From the NCBI GenBank assembly GCA_964252035.1, contig OZ176210.1: DNA of 64,000 bases; one strand, 5' to 3'. The position numbers and the translations under genes were made by a program. Positions 11,351-22,527 of the stretch are shown in pieces. Origin of the DNA: Podarcis erhardii. Taxonomy: Eukaryota. How positions within the stretch are numbered: the first letter of the stretch is position 1; each line of letters begins with the position of its first letter. A model generated the notes under the pieces. That model was not told the DNA's origin and did no database searches. It worked only from the letters and a program-made list of their open reading frames with translations.

Positions 11351-13232
11351 GTAAGTGTTGACTGATGATGATGATGATATATCAAAGATTACCACCAATT
11401 AAAATAAGGTATTCACATCTTACCACCTTTTCCATAAGGAATTTATTTATTTATTTAACCATTTTCTACATTTCTATCCTACCTTTTGGCTCACTAGGAG
11501 CCCCTAAGGCAGCTAATAACAATATACATAAAGACAATTAAATCTGATCATTAAAATCCAATAAAAAGAATCATAAAACCGAAAGTGTAATAGATACAAG
11601 CCCAACAATAATATAACTTAGCAGGCTCCCAAATCAGTCAACTAATCACACCCCCCCCCCCGCTGTTCTTGTAAACCAAAAGGTCTGACAGAATAGCAAT
11701 CTTCTCGCCCGTTTCAAACCTCAGACAGGCGACTGCATCCTCTTTGTTTCCTAGCAGATTTCCACGAGAAACCTGTAGTGTCCTTCGTCTGTAAATCCAT
11801 GACAAACGTTTTGCTAAAATGCTACGAAGGAGAAAATGAAGATGGCAGCACCAGCAAGAAAAAAAAGTTGTTGAAATGCTTTTCCAACTGTATGTAGCGA
11901 CTGAGAAACAAGCGTGAATCTCTCATTACCATTAGCTAGCTTTTGCACGTGTTAGTAAGTTTGACAGTGCAAACGTCTCAATTTCTACTCAGAGGTAAGT
12001 CCTATTGCATTCAGAGGCGTTTACTCCCAGGCAGGTTGGTACAGGATTGCTAAAATATTAGCCAGCAAAGAACTCTTTGCCATTTTCTTAAGGACTGTTC
12101 ACATGATTACTTTTTATAAACTATGTACATATGTAGTCTTATGTAGTCACCACTGGTACAAGTCAATATACAACATACCATATTTTTTGCTCTATAAGAC
12201 TCACTTTTTCCCTCCTAAAAAGTAAGGGGAAATGTGTGTGCGTCTTATGGAGCGAATGCAGGCTGCGCAGCTATCCCAGAAGCCAGAACAGCAAGAGGGA
12301 TTGCTGCTTTCACTGCACAGTGATCCCTCTTGCTGTTCTGGCTTCTGGGATTCAGAATATTTTTTTTCTTGTTTTCCTCCTACAAAAATTAGGTGCATCT
12401 TGTGGTCTGGTGCATCTTATAGAGCGAAAAATACGGTAAATCCTTCTACACATGATGTCCCAGTTTTATTTTGTTTTTCATCCTTCCAGATGCTTAATGG
12501 GTTTGAAAGGCAAGAGGAGCTTTGTAACATTCTACTCTTGGTAAGCAAATTCATGCATTTATTTATTTTTGTTTATTTAGAAAATATCTACACTGTTTAA
12601 CTTTTTAAAAAATTGAGTTGTAGGCAATATAAATGAAAACATAATGTAAGAGCAAGGCAAAATATATATATATCATTAAACGCATCATAAAAACAAACAG
12701 TAAAAAATACAGGAGGATTTTGAGAAGAGGTAATGAAGGTAATATTTGAAACAATAGGTATACTGGTGCCTTTAAATCCCAAACCGTGTCTTTATCAATT
12801 TTTGATGAGTCAAATAAGGACTTAATATGTAAACCACATCATTTTTCTATTAGCAGCTGCTCGTTTGACCATATCATGGTCAAAGAGTCTTCGGGTTTTT
12901 CTTTAAATATTTGGTTCTATGAGGAATGCTTATTCTCATTTCTGAGGAACTGACAGAAATTGAGGAGAACTCAGAGTGCCACTTAACCTATGAATTTTTC
13001 CCTATGAATGTGGTGCCCATTTGTTACATATATCCTGTACCAATGAGGGGCATGGCAATCCCAATGAAATATGGCTTTATTTGGTATTCATAACATTTGC
13101 TGTGTATTCTCTCTGCATCATGTGTGTTTTAGTCTCTTGAGAACGTATCGTTGCATGCCACCACAATCTCTGAGCAGTGAGAGATTCCAGGGATTGTTCA
13201 GTTTCCTTGGAATAAGGTCCTTTATGATATAT

Positions 13233-13485
13233 CATGGGTAGGCAAACTAAGGCCCGGGGGCCAGATCCGGCCAAATCACCTTCTAAATCTGTCTTGCGAA
13301 CGGTCCAGGAATGAGCATGTTTTTACATGAGTAGAATGTGTGCTTTTATTTAAAATGCATCTTTGGGTTATTTGTGGGGTATAGGAATTTGTTCATTTCC
13401 CCCCCAAAAAAAATATAATCCGTGCCCTCACAAGGTCTGAGAGACAGTGGATCAGCCCCCTGCTGAAAAAGTTTGCTGAACCCTG
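13233..13485. mobile_element. hAT MITE
   Basis: Perfect 8 bp TSD tgatatat at 13225-13232 and 13486-13493; imperfect TIRs catgggtaggcaaac / gtttgctgaaccctg. Confidence 0.88.
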
Positions 13486-13793
13486 TGATATATGGCTTAT
13501 TGGCACATATATACAACCTGAGCCTATGATAGCATTAACACCCCAGAATGTCTTGTTTCTCCCGTAGTCTCAGCCTTGGATTCTACCAGAAATCAAGCAT
13601 GGCTCTCACTCTCGTGCTTTTGCCTCCTTCTGGCTTGTAGCCCACTCTCACACAACTCTGGCTATTGTCCTTCTCACTGACTTGCCCTCTGGCACAGAGC
13701 AGCTTCCTTTCTTATACTAATGACCCATACTTAGGGGCCATTATGGACCTTGCCTGGCTACTTCAGCAATGGAGTCCCCCAAGTTCACAGCAG

Positions 13794-14029
13794 CACCGTG
13801 GTACCTCGGGTTACAAACACCTGGGGTTACAAACACCTCGGGTTACAGACTCCGCTAACCCAGAAGTAGTAACTCGGGTTAAGAACTTTACCTCAGGATG
13901 AGAACAGAAATTGCGCAGCAGTGGCACAAGGCCCCCATTAGCTAAAGTGGTACCTCAGGTTAAGAATGGTTTCAGGTTAAGAATGGACCTCTAGAACAAA
14001 TTAAGTTCGTAATCAGAGGTACCACTGTA
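13794..14029 (-). mobile_element. Tc1/mariner-type MITE, family A
   Basis: Reverse-complement homolog of 738-983. Confidence 0.88.
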
Positions 14030-15181
14030 CTCTATTTTATGAGGTAATGGCTGTAAACCCTGGTTTGGGGGGTGGGGAATTACTGGGGTTTTTATTTATT
14101 TTTTGTTTCCTATTGGACTGCTATTTTAACTTCACAATAAAGTCTTGAAATATTTTGAAAAAATACAGGAGAATCAGTCTTGTGTCTTATTTTCTGCCTT
14201 TCCAAAAAGTAAATTAAGCTAAAACGATATACCACACTCCAGCAATGTAATGTACATTGCTTTCAGTGGAACTGGTCTTATAAAATACCACAAATATGAC
14301 GATAAATTATAATTAAATAGCAGATCTCATACAATGTCTGCCTTTAGACTATAGCATAGCATAGGAAAATAATATATATGTGAATCATAGGTCAGCATAA
14401 TGGGGAGGGTCTTCATTATCATCCCTGCTGCCAAACGCTTTGGCTCCGTTTTTTAAGCTTCTGTGAACTTTGGCATTTATCATTTAAAACTGGAGGCAGT
14501 ATTTCTGCACTTGAGGACTGAACATGACTGTAGTCTCTTGGCATCAAACAACAAAGAATGCCATTTTTCAAAAAAAAAAAAACAACAACAACCCCAGGTT
14601 CAACATTTGCCTCTGTGTGTATTTTATCTAAGTCCGAGTGTTTGCAGAGAGAGCAAAATAAACCTTCCTTGGGGGATTATGTTGTTATTTGGCTTTATAT
14701 TTCTCTCAGTGCTTCCAATAAATCATGAAGTTCTTTGGAGATGTCAGAGAGCATTCCTTTTCCTCAACCTTATCAATAACATACACTGCTAAAGTCCTTC
14801 CCACACCCCGCTTTTCACATACAATCTCACTCCAAAGAAACATCACGAATCACGTCTATGGTTAACACCTCATGTTGTATTTTTAGAGAGATGCATTAGG
14901 AAAGTGTCGTGTTGTTTTTCTTCCATTATCTTCCAGGACAAGAAGTTTCAGGGTTGAGAGTGATCACCCACTCTCAAGAGAGGTTATTCTTTGCTTCTCA
15001 CCTTTCGCCCACACCACCTGGGATGTAAGAAAGGGTTCTGTTTGTTTGTTTTTTCATTTCACCCTTCATTCATCACATGCAGCAGTGTTTCCATTCACCT
15101 GCAGTTCCTCTTCTGCCAAAAGCTTTGTTACTGGTCCACTGTGGTGAAACTACATAATTTATGTTATTCTACCCTGAAAGG

Positions 15182-15532
15182 GGGACGCAGGTAGCGCTGT
15201 GAGTTAAACCACAGAGCCTAGGACTTGCTGATCAGAAGGTTGGCGGTTCGAATCCCTGCAACGGGGTGAGCTCCCGTTGCTCGGTTCCTGCTCCTGCCAA
15301 CCTAGCAGTTCGAAAGCACAGTGCAAGTAGATAAATAGGTACTGCTCCAGCGGGAAGGTAAACGGCATTTCCGTGCGCTGCTCTGGTTCGCCAGAAGCGG
15401 CTTAGTCATGCTAGCCACATGACCTGGAAGCTGTACGCCAACTCCCTCAGCCAATAAAGCGAGATGAGTGCCGCGACCCCAGAGTTGGTCACAACTGGAC
15501 TTAATGGTCAGGGGTCCCTTTACCTTTACCTT
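15182..15532 (+). mobile_element. Sauria SINE, full length
   Basis: gggacgcaggtagcgctgtg head, (ACCTTT)n tail, 12 bp TSD taccctgaaagg. Confidence 0.93.
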
Positions 15533-15969
15533 TACCCTGAAAGGAGATGCAATGCAAATGGGGAGTGGTATAATTTGCAGACTGAAAGCAACAACAGTGA
15601 ATACCAACCATATTTGCTGGTTTGATTTCTGTCCCGGACATGGGACAGATAAGCTGACAACAGCAATTTCTGCTTCCATTTCTGTTTTCTTCAGAATTCT
15701 CTGGCATCCCTACTCAGCACTAGCCCAGACGCCTGACGTGTGAGAACAGATGCCCAAAGAGAAGAAGTAAGCAAGTCAGGAGATGACCATGGTATGAGCC
15801 AGAGTTGTAGTTAACAAAACAGAAAGGACAGACTAGAATCACACTCATGCCATACATTTAAAGCACAAAGTTCCCTCTAAAGAACCTTGGGCACTATAGT
15901 TCCTAAACTTGGGACATTGTAGATTTGTCCTGGTCTGGTGTATGTAATGTCTTTTGTTTTGTAGCTGTA

Positions 15970-16415
15970 TAACACCAGTCCTGAAAGACCTACATTGGCT
16001 CCCAGTACGTTTCCGAGCACAATTCAAAGTGTTGGTGCTGACTTTTAAAGCCCTAAACGGCCTCAGCCCTGTATACCTGAAGGAGTGTCTCCACCCCCAT
16101 CGTTCTGCCCTGACACTGAGGTCCAGTGCCTGAGGGCCTTCTGGTGGTTCCCTCAATGCAAGAAGCAAAGCTACAGGGAACCAGGCAGAGGGCCTTCTTG
16201 GTAGTGGCGCTCGCCCTGTGGAACACCCTCCCATCAGATGTCAAGGAAATAAACAACTATCTGACTTTTAGAAGACATCTGAAGGCAGCCCTGTTTAGGG
16301 AAGTTTTTAAGGTTTGATCTTTTATTGTGTTTTAATATCATGTCGGAAGCCGCTCAGAATGGTTGGGGAGGCCCGGCCAGATGGGCTAGGTATAAGTAAT
16401 ATATTGTTATTATTA
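15970..16415 (+). mobile_element. L2 LINE 3' end
   Basis: LHWLPVRFRAQFKVLVLTFKAL and RAFLVVALALWNTLP motifs, (TTA)n tail. Confidence 0.9.
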
Positions 16416-16863
16416 TTGGCTATAAACAATAAACATTATTTTAAATTTAAATATTATTTTTTAAAAAATATAGTGTAAGGTGCTGGGCACTGTAGCTTCA
16501 TCATAAGGAGTAAACTGCAGTTCTCAGGATTTGTTGGCCATGTGCTTCAAATGTATGGTTTGTACAGATTTGGTGATAGGCTGGATATGGGAAGCAAAGC
16601 AGCTTCACTAACAGGACAATGTGCTGGGGTAGGGAGGAGGGATGGAATTGCACTTAGGAAGCATTTTGCCAGAAAAGAGTGGGCAAGGGGCAATGCTTAG
16701 CAGTTAGGGATGGACCATAGCTCTGTGGTGGAAGATGTTATGCATAGTCCCTGGTTTTTCCACCCTGCCTCACCACTTAAAAGGCTCACATAACAGGAGA
16801 GATGAAAGACCTCTGTCTGAGACCCTGAGAAGCTTCTATCAGACAAAGCAGACAAATCTAGAT

Positions 16864-17233
16864 GGTAAGGTAAAAGGTAAAGGACCTCTGGACAGTTAAG
16901 TCCAGTCAAAGGGTTGCAGCACTCATCTCGCTTCAGGCCAAGGGAGCCGGCGTTTGTCCACAGACAGCTTTCTGAGTCATGTGGCCAGCATGACTAAACC
17001 ACTTCTGGCACAACAGAACACCGTGATGGAAACCAGAGCGCACGGAAATGCCATTTACCTTCCCACTGCAGTGGCACCTGTTTATCTACTGGCACTGGTA
17101 TGCTTTCGAACTGCTAGGTTGACAGGAGCTGGGACAGAGCAACGGGAGCTCACTCTGTCAAGTAGATTCAAACCACCGACCTTCTGATCGGCAGGCCCAA
17201 GAGGCTCAGTGGTTTAGACCACAGCGCCACCCC
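16864..17233 (-). mobile_element. Sauria SINE (divergent subfamily)
   Basis: (AAAGGT)n tail at the left end, gtcatgtggccagcatgact core, head cacagcgccacc. Confidence 0.88.
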
Positions 17234-18384
17234 TGATATAAGGCAGGTTCCTGTAGGCTGGGCTTTTTCCCCCCAGCCAGAACTCACTGGAACGGAGTTC
17301 TAGCACCTCTCAAGTGGGCCCCATTACCAATTCAAGAGAACAAGGGAGCTGTTCATTGTGAGTTCCAGCACCTCTTTTTCTAGAAAAATAGCAGTGCCTG
17401 TTTGCTCAGTATGCTCAGTATCCTCAGTATGCTTCAGAGAAATCTGCATGTTTGCAGAAGGAATCGCATTTCCATGAATTGGATTCTCTACCTTGTGAGA
17501 TTTGTGCCCAAACTGACAAGATAAAGTAGATACAATTGCCCTCACCTCATCTGGAGCTGATACCATTTGGCTCACATGGTGTGTGCTGCATTTTGCCTTT
17601 GCATATTCTAGTACGCGCTCCAGGAAAACAGTGCAGGTTGGAGGATGTTGAATAGATGCCTCAAATTGGCCCTGACCCACAATAAACCACCAGCGCAGTC
17701 ATGCAATAAAAGACAGATTCTGGGCAGCGGCATCTGAAAAAGGAAGATGGACGTGCTTATTTAGGCTATAATTCTCCTGTGTTTTCATGCTACAGAAAAA
17801 GGGAAATGGCTTCTTGAGGCTTTGCCAAGGAGTTTCCACAAAAGATGGTGCAGTTTGTGCATGTCTGTGTGCGTGCACATGTATATATGCCTTCCAAGAG
17901 CCTTTTCTGCAGAAACACAATGGAAGTGACAGGCATTTTGAAATCTTGGAAGAAATATTTTGACAGAAGTTCAATACAGAAAACCTCAAGAGATTCATGA
18001 TGTTGCCCTGGCCTAAATGACTGTATGTTCATTCAGTCTGCAAAAAGTACACAACTTAGTTGACCAATGATGCTTTAAAGAAATTAAACAAACCATCAAC
18101 AAAAGTTATAACCTTCCAAAGTGGCAGGATTCCACCCCCACTCCCACCCCGTCTACTCCAATGATAGCCCCGACGTGTGACTCCTTTTTTTTTTGTTATG
18201 GTTTTTAGGATGCAAATAGGAAGTGTGCGTTTAAGGCAACATGCATTTTGGTTCTTAGTCTGCCATGGTCTAGGTTGCATTGTCCTTGGAATAAAGTTTA
18301 ATGTTTTGTTAAGGCTTTGGCACATCTGCCCAATTCCCAACTCTGACAGCAGACTTTCTATGGACGTCCCATTCCATAATGATA

Positions 18385-18503
18385 ATTTGAGCATTTATAC
18401 CCCACACATCTTACTGTGTTGCCCCAGCCACTCTGGGCAGCTTCCAAAATATATAAAAACATAACAAAACATTAAACATTAAAAAAAACACCTTCCCTAT
18501 ACA
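18385..18503 (-). mobile_element. L2 3' tail
   Basis: tttataccccacacatct...gccactctgggcagcttccaa; same tail at about 1390-1470, 22540-22650 and 63860-64000. Confidence 0.7.
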
Positions 18504-18537
18504 GGATTCAGATGGCTCAGGAGTCAAATAACTCCCT

Positions 18538-18669
18538 ACCCTCCAACATTTTCCCAGTGAAAATAGGGACATCCTAAGGAAAAGTGGGACATTCCAGGAT
18601 CAAATCAGAAACTAGGACAGCTTCTCTAAATCAGGGGTGTCCCTGGAAAATAGGGACACTTGGAGGGTC
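18538..18669. mobile_element. short MITE with accctccaa / ttggagggt termini
   Basis: Inverted termini; related fragment at 31613-31665. Confidence 0.6.
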
Positions 18670-20040
18670 TGTCAGTATTGTCTACACTGAATTGCAGAGG
18701 CTCTCTAAGGTTCTGAGTAGGGGCCATTCACAGCCCTACCTGGAGACACCAAGGATTGACGCTGCAAAGCAGATGTTTTCCCACTGAATGATGTTCTCTC
18801 TTTGCAAGTACGTATGCTCCAATTTTCCATATGTGAACACTCAAAGCAGTTCAGAACGGAGTAAAAACAATGTCAACAGCCAAAATTACAGCAGCCCTTA
18901 AGACATGCACTTCTGTGTGCACAGTCCAGCAAAGAAAAGTCTCAACGGAGGTTATCATCCAACGTTAGACAAAGGAGCAGGAGAAAGGCAAGGTGGTGCA
19001 AGGGTTAAAAATACAAACATCCTGAACAAATCCAGCAGCAAGATTGCAGTATTGGAGAGTAGAAGAGCGAGAAGGAAGAGGCTTTGTGACAAAGTGGATT
19101 TTTTTAAAAGAGCGATTGGAAAGATGAGAGGGAAGTGAAACAACATAAGTGTTCTGGGAGAAAGTTGCAATTATAAAAAGGCACCAGGGGAGAAGAGGTG
19201 AAGTTGCTGAAGGCAGTAAGAGAGCTGGAAGTGAATTAAAGTTGATTGAGTTAAGAGTGGAGGCCAAGGTAGCAAAGAGGAGAGCGGACAGGGGGGTTAT
19301 TTACATGTCCAATCTTCCCCATCCTAGAAGCTCAAGGCCTATAGCTGCCATTTTGGAAAAAAAGTTACACAGATCAGGTGAGGCAAGGCCATCCTGATAT
19401 TTGAATGAAGGCAGTGGGAAGAATTTGGGAGAAACTTGACAAACATGAATGGCAGGGCAGAAATGGGATAATTTGTCCTCTTAGGGTCTAGGTTATGGCT
19501 GTGGTGGCAAGAGCAGCTCAGAGAGCTCATTGGGGCCACCACCCCTGTGTGCTCTCCGCTAATCCAGTACTCCCCATTCTTGCTGCTGCCCTGCTCCAAC
19601 CAATCGGCAGGGCTGATGCAGTCACATGCTACAGCTGAGGACCAGCAGTGCATCTCAAAGAATATGGGAGAAAGGCAGCATCTGTACTGCAGGACTAGTT
19701 AAATGTGGTGTAATCAGCTGACCCAAAGGCCCGCCAAGTGCCATCATGCCCTAACCTCAGAGTTTGCTTCCCACTCTGAACAATGTGTCTCTGGTGTGAG
19801 GACATGGCTAGCTGCCTTTCCTCAGGGTCAGCTCCAGGTTTGAGAGGGCTCTTTGCAACATGCTCTTTGCAACATGCGGGGACCCGCATCTATGTCAGCA
19901 GGCTCCTTCCTATATGGGTGAGCCTTGGAGAGCTTACCTGGCAGTGAGCAGCAGCAGTCACCAGACTTTCAGTGGAAATAATTGATGCAGGACTTGATTG
20001 CTGGGAGACCCAGTTTAGGACCTCCCTCTTCTGATACTAT

Positions 20041-20180
20041 ATAACTGTAGAGGTGGAAGGGACCCTGAGGGTCATCTAGTCCAACCCCCTGTAATGCAGG
20101 AATATACAGTCGACCCACACAGGAATCAAACCCGTGACCCTGGCATTATCAGCACCACACTCTAACCAATTGAGCCACTC
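20041..20180 (-). mobile_element. SINE with tRNA-Ile-like head and CR1 3' tail
   Basis: Minus strand tggctcaattggttagagtgtggtgctgataatgccagggtcacgggtttgattcc followed by ctgcattacagggggttggactagatgacc. Confidence 0.8.
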
Positions 20181-20224
20181 AGTGCCCTCTTGCGCCTTAG
20201 AAGAGGCCTGCTAGATCAGACCAA

Positions 20225-20310
20225 GGAGTGCCTGAAGACAGGAGTGCCTGGCGTGCTCTGGTCCATGGGGTCACGAAGAGTCGGACACGACTAAACGACT
20301 AAACAACAAC
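20225..20310 (+). mobile_element. 86 bp Bov-B terminal fragment
   Basis: 12 bp TSD agatcagaccaa at 20213-20224 and 20311-20322. Confidence 0.88.
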
Positions 20311-20989
20311 AGATCAGACCAAAGGTCTGTCCAGTCCATTTTCCCCATAGTGGCTAACCATGGGGAGCATACAAGCATGAAATGCGTGAAATGGCATTCT
20401 CCTGCTTGCATTCCCCCACCCCCAAGCTGGTATTTAGAGGCTTCTGACAGTGGAGATATTTTACAGCATTCATGGCTACAGCCATTCCTAATTGGAAGTG
20501 GATGTCCGGACTAGTCCTCTCTCCCTTTCTCTCTTTTCTCAGCCCTTTATATAGCATTCTTTAGGCAATTTTTATTTGTTTCCATTATTTATATTCCACC
20601 TTTGTATTGGTATGCTCAAGGTGGATAACAAAATAAAAATTTCATAAAGCAATTACAACAAATCAAGCAGAAATCTTCGCGTCTGGAAATCGGCAACAGC
20701 TTCCATCTACATTACGTGCAGCACTGTTTTATTATTTAAATTTTAATAGAGTTTTAACAATTTATAACATCAAACAGTTCCCCACCACCACCATCTTGAC
20801 ATCTCCCTTTCCGCCCCACCTTAAGTATAAACTATTTAACAAGGAAGAAAATTACTATCATTTACATATGTCAACGCAAATCAAGGGAGGAAACCCTTGA
20901 AAAGGTCTAGAGAAAGTCTTGGCAAACCCTATGAAACCAACAAATTAGGCATGCTCTTTTTCCGCCTGATCCAATAAGCTCCTACTCCA

Positions 20990-21151
20990 GAATTGCTGAG
21001 TTGGAAGGGATCCCCGACGGTCATCTAGTCCAACCCCTGCAATGCAGGAATCTCAACTAAAGCATCCCTGACCGATAGCAATCCAACCTCTGCTTAAAAA
21101 CCTCCACCACCTTCCATGGGATTCTGTTCCATTGTCAAATGCCTCTTATTG
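20990..21151 (-). mobile_element. CR1 3' fragment (appears to resume at about 21965)
   Basis: gagttggaagggatcccc...catctagtccaacccctgcaatgcagg. Confidence 0.8.
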
Positions 21152-21942
21152 TGTGACCAGGCAGCGACAGCCCCAGCCCCCAGGGATCATAAGGAAGGAA
21201 TAAAGACTCTGACAATGTTATATGGAATTAAAATTAGGCCACAACTTTATTAAACTTCCGAATGGCTTTGACCTTGGGCGTGTATCCCTCCCAGCCCCCC
21301 AGCCGGGGGGAACTGGGGCTCATCAGGGTAAATGGGATAGGTGGGTGCTCTGCAAGACGTAAGTGTAGCAGGCAGCCCAGCCCATATCCCCACAGGCACT
21401 AACGACCTTTCAGTGTATGGCCAGTGACACCCATATATATAACCCCTTTAAGAGGGGGACCCCGGAATCACTGCCGCAGGGGGGTGAGTCACCACTTCAC
21501 ACACACACACACACACACACACACCATTATAAGGAAGAAAAGACTAAAGGATTCCATCCAAGGCCATTACCCCAAAAGTTGTGATGAATTGCTACGGGGA
21601 AGACAAAACCTGCCAATGCAGGAAAATTTCTTCCCAGTCCTTCAACAGCAACCAGTCAAAGACCGTAGCAGCGCCTGCTAAACAGGAAGAAAAAAGTTAA
21701 CCTGCAAACAATGAAACATTAAACTAAGGGAGGGTGAATCTCCAGAGCCAACTGCCTGGCTATTGTTGGCTCCACCCCCTATTTATAAATGGGGTGCTTG
21801 CTACCTCCTAGCAAGAAACTTGATTACTGAGGCTGGGCATGAACCTCCAAAAATTAACACTGAGAGGCAAGACAGCCCCTGTTTGCCAGTAAGCTCCTTG
21901 GGAACTGTAGCACCACGAGCGATCCCACAAAGGGCACCCACA
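21152..21942 (-). mobile_element. probable solo LTR (ERV-like)
   Basis: TG...CA ends; minus-strand AATAAA near 21250 and TATA-like site near 21785; interrupts a CR1. No clean TSD found. Confidence 0.5.
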
Positions 21943-21989
21943 ATGTAAAGTGTGAGAGCTCACTATCAGAAAGTTCTTCCTAATGTGTA

Positions 21990-22122
21990 GGGTAGGCAAC
22001 AAATTTTCTTTCAGATGTTGTGGACTACAACTCCCCAGAGCCTCAGGCAGCATGGCCAAAGGTTAGGAATGGTGGGAGTTGTAAGCCACAACATGCAGAG
22101 TGTATCATGTTAGCTACCCCTG
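21990..22122. mobile_element. palindromic hAT-like MITE
   Basis: gactacaactccc...gggagttgtaagc inverted core. Confidence 0.65.
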
Positions 22123-22527
22123 TGTCATGGGCCAGGAGTTGGCTTCACCTGCTGAGGAGCAGCCTGAAGGAGCAGAAGGCAAAGTGACTCCACCTGCTGC
22201 TGATCAGCCTTCTTGCTCCTGATGAGAACCAGGTGGCTCCAGCTTTCTGAAGCAGGGTTTCTAGCCTCACTCAGTCGCTGGAAACAACATTTGTCATTTC
22301 TGGCCAGACCTTGTTGCTTTTTTGCTTCTTGTGACCCTGGACCCTCGGCTTTCTTGACCCCCTGGATCATCTGGCTACATGAACTGAGATACTCCTGGCC
22401 TTTAGGACTGGACTGAACCTTGTATAAGGACTCTGCCTCCAGGCAAGTATCCCCCTGAGACTAGGGTAGTTGGCTGGCTTCTCCCTCCACTGAGCTCTGC
22501 CATGGTTGGCAGCACAAGACTACGACA
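22123..22527. mobile_element. solo LTR (Gypsy/ERV-type), 405 bp
   Basis: TGTCATGG...ACGACA ends; perfect 5 bp TSD ccctg at 22118-22122 and 22528-22532. Confidence 0.85.

Noticed and set aside
20100-20180. Functional tRNA-Ile gene
   Set aside because: Stems are degraded and it is fused to a CR1 tail, so it is a SINE head; the same applies to the tRNA-Lys-like 37940-38009
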